This document shows, one piece after another, positions 37,657 through 45,712 of a DNA stretch of 61,188 nt. The stretch comes from a virus (lineage: Duplodnaviria > Caudoviricetes), in the IMG/VR virus record IMGVR_UViG_3300021088_000012, positions 1-61,188 of that record, one strand, 5' to 3'. The translations under genes and the position numbers were made by a program. Position 1 is the stretch's first letter. The number at the start of each line of letters is the position of its first letter. The notes beneath the pieces were generated by a model. That model saw nothing but the letters and a program-made list of their open reading frames with translations, did not search any database and was not told the origin of the DNA.

Positions 37657-38099
37657 GCTCACAACAGGAACTTCTGAAGAAATATGGTCCCCCCGCCGGC
37701 GGATATATAGCCAAATATTGTGTTACCTGGGCAGTGCAGCAGGCCTTCCCCTGGTTCCCGGTGAGCCACTTCCTGATAAATAGCGACTTCATGCGGGTTC
37801 TATTTAAGGCGTTTACCGAACTGCAGGCAGCGGGCTTGCATACCGAAATAAATACCTTTGATGGGTGCTATAATGACCGGGATGTAAGAGGGAGCACTTC
37901 TACTTCCCTTCATGCCTGGGCAGCAGCTATTGACCTGAATGCGGCATCCAATGGTATGATTGTCGGTCCAACGCCGGAACAGCGGAAAGGATCTTGGTCT
38001 GATGGCTTTATAAGTACTATGAAGACGGCCGGGGTATTTTACGGGGGTGATTTCATTCATAGGGCCGACCCGATGCATTGGGCACTTCTGGATGGCTGA
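37653..38099 (+). CDS. Endolysin, peptidase M15 family
   Basis: FDGCYNDRDVRG, SLHAWAAAIDLN, DPMHW; ATG 37653. Confidence 0.9.
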   Translation: MSSQQELLKKYGPPAGGYIAKYCVTWAVQQAFPWFPVSHFLINSDFMRVLFKAFTELQAAGLHTEINTFDGCYNDRDVRGSTSTSLHAWAAAIDLNAASNGMIVGPTPEQRKGSWSDGFISTMKTAGVFYGGDFIHRADPMHWALLDG

Positions 38100-38127
38100 T
38101 ACACGATAATTTTATGCCTTAACCTTT

Positions 38128-38155
38128 GCCCCTGGGTTTCTACCCGGGGCTTTTT
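38128..38155 (+). terminator. Rho-independent terminator ending the late operon
   Basis: GCCCCTGGGT-TTCT-ACCCGGGGC plus T5. Confidence 0.85.
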
Positions 38156-38283
38156 ATTGCCTTTTATATCAACAAGTTGTATTAAATGTACAAAATTAAT
38201 TAAAAAATGTACGTAAAATATTATGAAGTTAACAAATAATGACGTAATATTACATCAGCAACAAAGCAAACAAATCCAACTTT

Positions 38284-38379
38284 ATGAAAAAGGAAACCAT
38301 TTTTGCCCTGGCAAACTACTTTTTACCCATCTTAATCTTTACAGCAATCGGACTTTTGATCTTTTCTTTTATAAAATAA
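38284..38379 (+). CDS. Small TM peptide (MKKETIFALANYFLPILIFTAIGLLIFSFIK)
   Basis: Typical AT-rich start; read from sequence. Confidence 0.55.
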   Translation: MKKETIFALANYFLPILIFTAIGLLIFSFIK

Positions 38380-38449
38380 TCACGGACGGTCATAAGCCCG
38401 GGTACTACTCGAAAGACATAGACCCGGGGCTTTCTACAAACTTTCAATT

Positions 38450-38695
38450 ATGCAAATACCGAAGGAGCTTTTGGAAAAATGGAAGAGTCTTAGAAGCCGG
38501 GGAGACACGGCAGGCATTTTGCAGATCATGGGATTGAAGCCAGATAAAAAAGACTCTGTAATTTCTGCTATTTCCAGGACTTTCAAGGATGAAAGACGCC
38601 GTTGTCCTGATCACCTTTTCATGGCACTCCGGACCTTCTATGAAGGAAAGGAAAAAAAATTATTCACCAACAAAAACGATGAAAATGGAAAATGA
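38450..38695 (+). CDS. Small putative HTH (Cro-like) regulator
   Basis: WKSLRSRGDTAGI...ISAISRTF pattern; first regulator-sized gene after the lysis terminator. Confidence 0.5.
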   Translation: MQIPKELLEKWKSLRSRGDTAGILQIMGLKPDKKDSVISAISRTFKDERRRCPDHLFMALRTFYEGKEKKLFTNKNDENGK

Positions 38696-38978
38696 TATCG
38701 AACTCGCCCCCCAGGACGTGGCCATGCAGGCATTCCTGACCCGGTTCCCAGTCCCTCTCACCCGGGTAAGGATCTCCGATGATGGAAAGAAGATGATCTA
38801 CCGCTTGCGGGGCTCAAAGATGGTGGAGCAATATCTTCAGGTGGCCCGGTGGACCATTGTGGGATTCAACCTTCCATTAGTTGCCAAAAGGGACCGATTT
38901 TTAATCGGAGACTTAGTTCTTCAGGATGATATTGAAATTAGTTACTCACCAGCAGCGGAGGCTCTCCCCTGCTACTAA
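38679..38978 (+). CDS. Hypothetical protein
   Basis: Start moved to ATG 38679 or 38685. Confidence 0.6.
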   Translation: MKMENDIELAPQDVAMQAFLTRFPVPLTRVRISDDGKKMIYRLRGSKMVEQYLQVARWTIVGFNLPLVAKRDRFLIGDLVLQDDIEISYSPAAEALPCY

Positions 38979-38989
38979 ACCCCATTCTC

Positions 38990-39196
38990 ATGAAAATAAT
39001 TCTTTGGATGCTCTTTTTTGTCACGGTAGCTCTCCTGGCTGGGGATCTGATCTATATGGTCAAATTCGCCACTTTTACCCGGAATGCTTTCTTTTGGCTG
39101 GCTATAATTGCATTTTTGGAATGTCTGGTTTTTATCTGCGTAATTATATGGAATAAGGAAATTAGCGAAAATACGACCCCCTATGAACCATTTTGA
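38990..39196 (+). CDS. Two-TM membrane protein
   Basis: Two hydrophobic helices. Confidence 0.6.
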   Translation: MKIILWMLFFVTVALLAGDLIYMVKFATFTRNAFFWLAIIAFLECLVFICVIIWNKEISENTTPYEPF

Positions 39197-39290
39197 GGCC
39201 TGCGTGCTAGCCGGGGTAATTGTATTTGGCTTCTATTGGATCCTGGCCCGCTATGCTGGCGGTGATCCGGAAGATAAAAACGGGAGGTAA
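39183..39290 (+). CDS. Small TM peptide (MNHFEACVLAGVIVFGFYWILARYAGG...)
   Basis: 35-aa ORF read from sequence; a hairpin (39280-39303) overlaps its stop. Confidence 0.45.
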   Translation: MNHFEACVLAGVIVFGFYWILARYAGGDPEDKNGR

Positions 39291-39339
39291 TCACTCCTCC
39301 CGTCCAACGTGTCAACAATCAAATTCAAACAAAATTTCT

Positions 39340-39681
39340 ATGTCAGAACGAATTTACAGAAAAACTATTACTTTCAGTTTTTCTATCCCGATAACTTCAT
39401 TGGAGAAAAACAAATCCCTGTTTTCATCGGTCAATGTTGGGGAAATAACCGTCTATGGAAAAGGTAAAGTCCTCAAAGAACCCGCCACGGATAGCCCCTA
39501 TGCCTTCCAGACGGAGGAGGAGCGCGGCTGGGTGGAGATCAATCTGACCGGCGTGTTTTTCAAGGATGTGGATATCCTGCCCGTATTTCAGAATATGAAG
39601 GAATGCCGGGACGTGCGCCGGGCTCTCCTGGAAGCCAGCGCCAATAATTGTCTGACCATTTATTTTGAAAATCACAAATAA
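39340..39681 (+). CDS. Hypothetical protein
   Basis: Start moved to MSERIY at 39340. Confidence 0.6.
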   Translation: MSERIYRKTITFSFSIPITSLEKNKSLFSSVNVGEITVYGKGKVLKEPATDSPYAFQTEEERGWVEINLTGVFFKDVDILPVFQNMKECRDVRRALLEASANNCLTIYFENHK

Positions 39682-39697
39682 TTCGTATTTTGTCTGT

Positions 39698-39820
39698 GCT
39701 TATTCACGTTCAATCATGAAATTATTAAAATTCAAACGCTCGCAGCCGAATGCACTTCCTCCCTTCCGGGTTGATCGTGATAAGCCTTTTGGTTGCGGGC
39801 CTTTGTTTTTATGGAACTGA
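39698..39820 (+). promoter_or_regulatory. Structured leader with 34-codon uORF (attenuator/pseudoknot-like)
   Basis: Interleaved stems 39698-39715/39769-39785 and 39738-39750/39788-39800, then a U-rich tract; uORF 39716-39820. Confidence 0.55.
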
Positions 39821-40296
39821 TAATTAATTCAAAGCCTTTTGGTATCAAGGTTGTTTTTTATGATGATCAATTTGACGGTTTTATAAAATCAAAGAATTGG
39901 ACCATTGTAAAAAGAGATGAAATATTCTATGCCGTCAGCAGAATAAAAGAAAATGGAGTTGTAAAGGTAAAGTACTTACATACTGTTTTATTTAAATGCC
40001 CGAAAGGAAAAATAATAGATCATCGTGACGGCAATGGATTAAATAATAAATCATCAAATATTCGTTTTGTTAGTGAATCTCAAAATTTAATGAACCGCGG
40101 TGCTCCACTTTCAAATACTACAGGATTCAAGGGAGTGCACAAACGCAGAGATACAGGTAAATTTGATGTACGTATAAGTGCGCATGGGATTCAATATTAT
40201 GGCGGTTGTTTTGATTCTCTTATTGAAGCGGCCAAACGATATAATGAGCTTGCAATTATTCATCACGGCGAATTTGCCAAATTAAATGTAATATAA
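39811..40296 (+). CDS. HNH-AP2 homing endonuclease
   Basis: YLH, IDHRDGNGLNNKSSNIR, NTTGFKGV, AAKRYNELAIIHHGEFAKLN. Confidence 0.92.
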   Translation: MELIINSKPFGIKVVFYDDQFDGFIKSKNWTIVKRDEIFYAVSRIKENGVVKVKYLHTVLFKCPKGKIIDHRDGNGLNNKSSNIRFVSESQNLMNRGAPLSNTTGFKGVHKRRDTGKFDVRISAHGIQYYGGCFDSLIEAAKRYNELAIIHHGEFAKLNVI

Positions 40297-40297
40297 A

Positions 40298-41578
40298 ATG
40301 CGCTATTTAAAAATTGAAAACAACGGAATATTAGATATTAGATTAGTTGCCTTAATGGGAGGCACAACCAAGTCTAATCAGGAATTCAAAATAGGACATT
40401 TTGGATCCGGCCTTAAATATTCTCTGGCTTTTTTTTTCCGTCATAATCTGGATTTCAAAATATTTGCCGGTACCGAAGAAATAAAGATTTCATTAGATAC
40501 CGAAATTATTCGTGAGGAAAATTTCGACATAATTTGTATCAATGGTCATAGGACCAGTATTACGACCAAAATGGGCGAGGATTGGAAAGCCTGGATGGTA
40601 ATTCGTGAACTTTGGTCGAATGCCCTGGATGAAGGTGGAGAATCAAAATATGTCACATCTAAAATTGAGGCAACTGAAGGAAAGACCACTTTTTATATTC
40701 AGGTTGATCAACAAATTCAGGAAGTTTTAGACCATTGGACGAAATACTTTATTCACGGGATTGAACCTATGAGCAGTACACAACAATACGATATTTATCC
40801 TGGCGGTCCTACTCTTAGGATTTATAAAAATGGCGTTCTCATTCAGGAATCCGATAAAACAAAAAGCCTTTTTTCCTACGATATAAAAAATGCCTCTCTA
40901 AATGAGTTGAGGGAATTTAAAGGATCAACTGGTTATGAGGTCACGCACGCAATTTTCGGCGCTAACGAAAAAGTTGCTGATTATTTTCTTCAGCATATTC
41001 AGGATGACCACTATGAGGGCGGTGATCTTTCTTATGACTGGTATACCGACTCATGGGGGGAACCTTGGAAAAAGGCATTGGGCAGCGCAAAATTAATTCA
41101 TCAAAAGGCCCTGGAATCCATTCGGCAATCGGGGGTGCAAATTCCTGATGATAAATACGTCATTGTTCCAAAAAGCGTTTTTGCATCGATGACCAAACAA
41201 TTCGAGCATGTAAGTGCCCTCCGGATCGCCTCTAAGGTTGGGGAGTTCTTTGAGGATCATAGCCAGGAAGCTGAAAGCAAAATCAAACAGGGACTTGTGA
41301 TCTTGGAGGCATGCGGCTACCACATTCATCCGGAATTAACCTTTGTATTCGGATATTTCGGGGATAAGAAAGTACAAGCCAGGGTATCCTTGGATGAAAA
41401 AAAGGTATATATCAGTAATACCTTGGTTCAGGCTTCCCTCCATGCTATTGTTGCCACTCTTTTGGAGGAAAATGAGCATTTTACAACTGGCATGCAAGAT
41501 TGCAGCAGGGAGTTTCAACAGCATTTCATAAATCTCTATGCGCGTGAATTGCTTGCAAAAAATAAGATTGAAATTTAG
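40298..41578 (+). CDS. GHKL (HATPase_c-like) ATPase-domain protein
   Basis: IENNG, GGTTK...IGHFGSGLKY, IRELWSNALDEG. Confidence 0.7.
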   Translation: MRYLKIENNGILDIRLVALMGGTTKSNQEFKIGHFGSGLKYSLAFFFRHNLDFKIFAGTEEIKISLDTEIIREENFDIICINGHRTSITTKMGEDWKAWMVIRELWSNALDEGGESKYVTSKIEATEGKTTFYIQVDQQIQEVLDHWTKYFIHGIEPMSSTQQYDIYPGGPTLRIYKNGVLIQESDKTKSLFSYDIKNASLNELREFKGSTGYEVTHAIFGANEKVADYFLQHIQDDHYEGGDLSYDWYTDSWGEPWKKALGSAKLIHQKALESIRQSGVQIPDDKYVIVPKSVFASMTKQFEHVSALRIASKVGEFFEDHSQEAESKIKQGLVILEACGYHIHPELTFVFGYFGDKKVQARVSLDEKKVYISNTLVQASLHAIVATLLEENEHFTTGMQDCSREFQQHFINLYARELLAKNKIEI

Positions 41579-41643
41579 TCCGTACCCTTTCATATATCAG
41601 CAAAAACAATTATCTTTCAGACTCAACGTAAAATCAATCAAAC

Positions 41644-42363
41644 ATGTCAGAAAACCTCCCCGCCAAACAGGGAAAAGTGTCCCTGCCAACACTCCAGGAT
41701 CTCTACGATGATAAGGAACTGGCTACCAAGCTCAACGACCTAAATAAGTTGCTCAATGCCCAACCTCGGGCCGAATGGGTTAAGATCAATGCTTTCGCCA
41801 ACAATTCAAAGTACTTGCCTATTGAGCGGGTTGAATACCTGCTGACCTCAATTTACATTAAATGGCGGGTGGAAATAAAATCCTGTCAGGTGATTGCGAA
41901 TAGTTGCGTAACCATTCTCCGGCTCTTTGTTTTGGACCCGATTACCGGGGAATGGGATTGGCAGGACGGTATCGGAGCCTCTCCTATTCAGACCGCTAAA
42001 GGGGCTGCGGCTACCGATTTCACACAGGTTAATACGGCCGCCGTTCAGATGGCAGCACCGGCCAGCGAGTCGATGGCATTTAAGGATGCGGCTGAGAAAT
42101 TTGGTAAATTATTTGGAAAAGACCTGAACCGGAAGGATGAAATAAATTATGCTCCCATGCAGGAAGCTAAGTTCAAGAGTTCTGATCCGGACCCTGTTAT
42201 CCCCATCCCGCAGGAATTAAGGGACGCAATATCCCTGGCAGACGTTCCTAACCTGAGTGCCATATTCAATACGAATAAGGGGGAATTCGGTAGCAATCCG
42301 GAATTTATGCAGTTACTCACTGCCAGGAAAATTGAATTACGTACCCCTAAATCCGAAGAATAA
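41644..42363 (+). CDS. Single-strand annealing recombinase (Rad52/Sak-like)
   Basis: YLPIERVEYLL, W..EI, QDGIGA, AASESMAFKDAAEKFGKLFGKDLNR. Confidence 0.78.
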   Translation: MSENLPAKQGKVSLPTLQDLYDDKELATKLNDLNKLLNAQPRAEWVKINAFANNSKYLPIERVEYLLTSIYIKWRVEIKSCQVIANSCVTILRLFVLDPITGEWDWQDGIGASPIQTAKGAAATDFTQVNTAAVQMAAPASESMAFKDAAEKFGKLFGKDLNRKDEINYAPMQEAKFKSSDPDPVIPIPQELRDAISLADVPNLSAIFNTNKGEFGSNPEFMQLLTARKIELRTPKSEE

Positions 42364-43241
42364 TGGAAGCCATTGTAAGCCGCCAGGATCAGATTGATGC
42401 TATCATTAGAAAACTGATTCACGGCGAAGATCACCTATCCTTTACGTCTTTAAATGCCTTCCGCCGGTGTCCCGTGAGCTTCATTGATTATAAACTCCAT
42501 AAGATTCAGGAGACTGAGGAAGAGAGTGCAGCCATGAAATTCGGAGCAATGTTGCACGTTCTGGTGCTGGAGCCACATGATTTTGACAATCGATTTTATA
42601 CATTCGATGATTCGGATAAATGCCAAGAGCTTATTGCCGGCGGCGCGAAGTCTCCCAGGGCGACCAAACAGTATAAGGAATGGTATGCCACGCAAGCGGG
42701 ATCCGCCGGGGACAGAACCATCGTGAAACCGCAGGAGGCTGCGCATGCTCGCCTGGTGGCCTATAATCTTAAGAATAACCGTGCCGCTCGCCGTGTAATG
42801 GATATGTGCCCGGTCCATGAAAAAAAGATTTCCTGGCAGCATAAAAACTTCAATTTTAAGGGATTCATTGACGGAGATGGGGAACATGCGATGTTTGACC
42901 TTAAAAGCATGGCCGATGCCGAAAAAAGGAAAGCGCAGCGGGCAATCACTGACAAAGGTATGTATATACAGGCAGCATGCTACCAGTACGGATCCGGCCT
43001 AACCAAAATGAAACAGCACTATATTATCGCAGTGGATAAAATGAGTGGGGTTTCCGTACATGAACTTCATCCTCGATTGCTTGAAAAGGGATTGGAAGAT
43101 TATATGCAGTTGGTGGACTATTTCAATGTCTGTATAGCTGAGGATGCTTTTGAAGAGTCCTTCGATTTTTGGGCAAAGTATCGGGAAGAGCGTTGGACGG
43201 GAATATTCTCAGCCGAATTACCTGGTTACATGCTTTGGTAG
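42363..43241 (+). CDS. PD-(D/E)XK exonuclease (RecE/ExoVIII, DUF3799-like)
   Basis: LSFTSL, FGAMLHVLVLEP, KGFIDG, DLKS, YIQAACY. Confidence 0.85.
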   Translation: MEAIVSRQDQIDAIIRKLIHGEDHLSFTSLNAFRRCPVSFIDYKLHKIQETEEESAAMKFGAMLHVLVLEPHDFDNRFYTFDDSDKCQELIAGGAKSPRATKQYKEWYATQAGSAGDRTIVKPQEAAHARLVAYNLKNNRAARRVMDMCPVHEKKISWQHKNFNFKGFIDGDGEHAMFDLKSMADAEKRKAQRAITDKGMYIQAACYQYGSGLTKMKQHYIIAVDKMSGVSVHELHPRLLEKGLEDYMQLVDYFNVCIAEDAFEESFDFWAKYREERWTGIFSAELPGYMLW

Positions 43242-43268
43242 CTTTTTTTAACCTTTAAATTTTCACCC

Positions 43269-43562
43269 ATGTACGATCAAATAATTGCCAACCGCCCATC
43301 AATCATGAAGGGCCGCGCAGTGATCAGGGCAATCCACAATCCATTACGATTGAAGATTATTGAAATTCTTCATAAAAATGGGAAAATGACGGTTACGGAA
43401 ATTTTCGTAAAACTTCGGTTGGAACAATGCGTTGCCTCGACGGCCCTTGCCATACTTTTAAAAGCCGGCCTCGTTAAAAAGGAGGCCTCCGGAAAGTTGC
43501 GGTATTATTCACTCAATGACCAGGCTATCGGGCATGTGCTGGAAACCCTAGCAAAATTATAG
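43269..43562 (+). CDS. ArsR/SmtB-family transcriptional regulator
   Basis: RAIHNPLRLKII, MTVTEIFVKLRLEQCVAS, GLVKKEASGKLRYYSLN. Confidence 0.88.
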   Translation: MYDQIIANRPSIMKGRAVIRAIHNPLRLKIIEILHKNGKMTVTEIFVKLRLEQCVASTALAILLKAGLVKKEASGKLRYYSLNDQAIGHVLETLAKL

Positions 43563-43564
43563 GG

Positions 43565-43996
43565 ATGTTGAAAATAGAAATATACGGGACTATCCAGGAT
43601 CACAAGCTTACCCTTTCGAATAGAAAAAAGCTTCAGGAGGATTTGAATCAGTGTAATGATTGTGAGGTAATTGTTGTCATAAAAAAAAGGGGAAAGCGGT
43701 CTAATCAGCAGAACCGTTTTTTGTGGGGGATAATTTACGCCGAATGTAAATTAGCCTTTTTGAATCTTGGCCATCGGTTGGAAATTGACGATATTCACCA
43801 ATATTTCAAACAGAAGTTTCTTTCGAGGCCCCTGGCCAATCATGATGGAACTGTGATAGCGGAGATATCTGGATCTACAACTGAATTGAACAAGGAAGAG
43901 TTTTCAAATTATGTGGAAAATATCCGCCAATTCGCTTCGATGAATTTGGGGATCGATATTCCGGACGCCGATAGTTCACTGGCAATGAATTTTTAA
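43565..43996 (+). CDS. NinB-like recombination protein
   Basis: KRSNQQNRFLWG, IHQYFKQKFL, STTELNKEEFSNYVENI. Confidence 0.8.
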   Translation: MLKIEIYGTIQDHKLTLSNRKKLQEDLNQCNDCEVIVVIKKRGKRSNQQNRFLWGIIYAECKLAFLNLGHRLEIDDIHQYFKQKFLSRPLANHDGTVIAEISGSTTELNKEEFSNYVENIRQFASMNLGIDIPDADSSLAMNF

Positions 43997-44014
43997 CACT
44001 CAAAAATAAATATT

Positions 44015-44215
44015 ATGCCACGAAATTCAGACCCATTTGCACCTTGGAATGATCCAATGTACAAAAATGATCCTTTTGCTCCTCATAATGAACCTCACCA
44101 AAAAGATGATCCGACTAAACCGTGGAATGATCCTTCAGGTAGTGAGAGAGATTTGAGCAGGCAGGAAAAGGAAAGATATGGCAGGAGGCAATCGGCCTGG
44201 GAAGATGATGAATGA
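44015..44215 (+). CDS. Small protein with three DPxxPWN-type repeats
   Basis: DPFAPWNDPMYKN / DPFAPHNEPHQKD / DPTKPWNDPSGSE. Confidence 0.7.
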   Translation: MPRNSDPFAPWNDPMYKNDPFAPHNEPHQKDDPTKPWNDPSGSERDLSRQEKERYGRRQSAWEDDE

Positions 44216-44442
44216 TGTTTTCATAGGCAGAGTTAGGTTTGGCAAGCCGGCGGGGTGGTTCCTGCCGGCAATTTTGAAAAGTTCTTAAGTGCTGGCGGGT
44301 AAGCCGCGGGAGCCGCAATCCCTCCCAATTGCTTCGGCAAGCTGGACAAACTGCGATGGCATCATGGAAAATCAGAAAAAACGTACATGAACGGTCGGTT
44401 GATCGGACGCAGATCAATGACACCTCGGAAAGACGGGGAACT

Positions 44443-44531
44443 GGGCCGATAGTACAAGGGTAGTACATTGCAGGAAAGAAAATAGTAGAATCGGGCCTGC
44501 AAGGATGAGGGTTCAACCCCCTTTCGGTCCA
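44443..44531 (+). ncRNA. tRNA-like RNA with Ala identity elements and an aberrant anticodon arm
   Basis: Acceptor GGGCCGA/UCGGUCC (G3:U70), A73, D-stem GUAC/GUAC, T-arm GAGGG-UUCAACC-CCCUU; anticodon arm is a 7-bp stem with a 21-nt loop; no encoded CCA. Confidence 0.75.
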
Positions 44532-44626
44532 CAGTTTGTTGGATAGGATAAGTCTCTCCCTTTTCAGGCCGTGAGACTTCATTTAGTGATCGATATTTTT
44601 TTTCATAGGATTCAAAGGTTTAAAAA

Positions 44627-44657
44627 GGCCCGGCTTTTCCATGTTGGGCCATTTTTT
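44627..44657 (+). terminator. Rho-independent terminator after the ncRNA region
   Basis: GGCCCGGC/GTTGGGCC hairpin plus ATTTTTT. Confidence 0.65.
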
Positions 44658-44670
44658 AAAGAGAGCAAAA

Positions 44671-45024
44671 ATGGGGAAAATAAAGCAAAAAAAGAAATTG
44701 GAAAGGGCCTTTAAGTCTAGTCACAATCTTATCTTTGAGCAAGCCCCTTATGAATATGATCCTCAGTTTCACCGGTTCAGAATAGGCACCTGCGGGGGCC
44801 TTTGGGGAGTAGAGGGAAAGTCTTATATTATCTTAGCAATTATCAATGAGCAACCAGGGAATGGACATTTACAGGATGTTTTCGAATGGTTTGAGCGATC
44901 CTGCCGCCGGGAAGGGTATTCCCTCAAAATCATTGAATTTTTCAATGAGCAATTCAGGAGGCACCTTATTGATAAACTAGGGTTCAAGGAAATTAGTAAC
45001 GGAGTCGAAAAACATTTTTCATAA
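44671..45024 (+). CDS. Possible GNAT-fold protein
   Basis: EQPGNGH motif-A-like segment and N...HLIDKLGF end. Confidence 0.45.
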   Translation: MGKIKQKKKLERAFKSSHNLIFEQAPYEYDPQFHRFRIGTCGGLWGVEGKSYIILAIINEQPGNGHLQDVFEWFERSCRREGYSLKIIEFFNEQFRRHLIDKLGFKEISNGVEKHFS

Positions 45025-45037
45025 TAAAATAAATATC

Positions 45038-45712
45038 ATGGCAGAAATTAAGATCTTAAAGGCTAAGATCGTAAAAAAGGAAACCCTTTCGGTGGAATAT
45101 TCCCGGGAGGAAAAAGACAAAAGCATTACGATTGTCAGTGAGGAGCATCGGGCACCGATTCACCAGGATCTGAAGAATGCCTTTATCGGCCTTCATATCC
45201 ATTTTGCGATCCTTTCTGATTATGTCCGTGTGAAACAGGTCAAGGACATTGATTCCTTCGATTCTGATCTGATCGAAGGATTTTCCGTCTCCTGCCTTCA
45301 TAAGGGAGGGACAGAAGATGAAAGCTACATTATCCTGACCGGTTCGAAGATCACCGCCTCCGGCCGCGCCGTGACGATCAATACGCCCATTTTAAAGATC
45401 GAGGAAGAATCTGAAAAAGGATATAAATATCTTGACGAACTTTTGGAACGGGTTGAGCATGTGGAAAATGAAGTTAAAGAATATCTTCGCGGAAAGCATG
45501 CCCCGGAGACTCAGACTTCCCTAAACTTTGATGAACCCATCACCAAGGCAAAGATCGTCCCGTCTGCGCACCTGGATCCCTCCATGAACTCCCCGGAAGG
45601 AATCGCTGCAGCCATCGTGGCAGAGACGAACGGCGGAATCAAGAAAAGCCATGGCCGTCCTAAAAAGGTGCCACAGTCGAGTAAGCATCCATCAGGGGAG
45701 GTGCACGAATGA
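45038..45712 (+). CDS. Conserved Bacteroidetes-phage hypothetical protein
   Basis: IHQDLKNAF, IILTGSK, INTP, EVKEYLRGK. Confidence 0.7.
   Translation: MAEIKILKAKIVKKETLSVEYSREEKDKSITIVSEEHRAPIHQDLKNAFIGLHIHFAILSDYVRVKQVKDIDSFDSDLIEGFSVSCLHKGGTEDESYIILTGSKITASGRAVTINTPILKIEEESEKGYKYLDELLERVEHVENEVKEYLRGKHAPETQTSLNFDEPITKAKIVPSAHLDPSMNSPEGIAAAIVAETNGGIKKSHGRPKKVPQSSKHPSGEVHE

Noticed and set aside
44443-44531. Canonical tRNA-Ala(UGC) or tmRNA
   Set aside because: UGC lies in the stem rather than in a 7-nt loop, a full D-stem is present, and there is no tag ORF or pseudoknot region.
44115-44582. 155-aa minus-strand ORF
   Set aside because: Antisense to the structured RNA island, with no recognisable motif.
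44532-44600. HDV-like (theta) ribozyme after the tRNA-like element
   Set aside because: Only a simple hairpin was found; I could not build the nested double pseudoknot.
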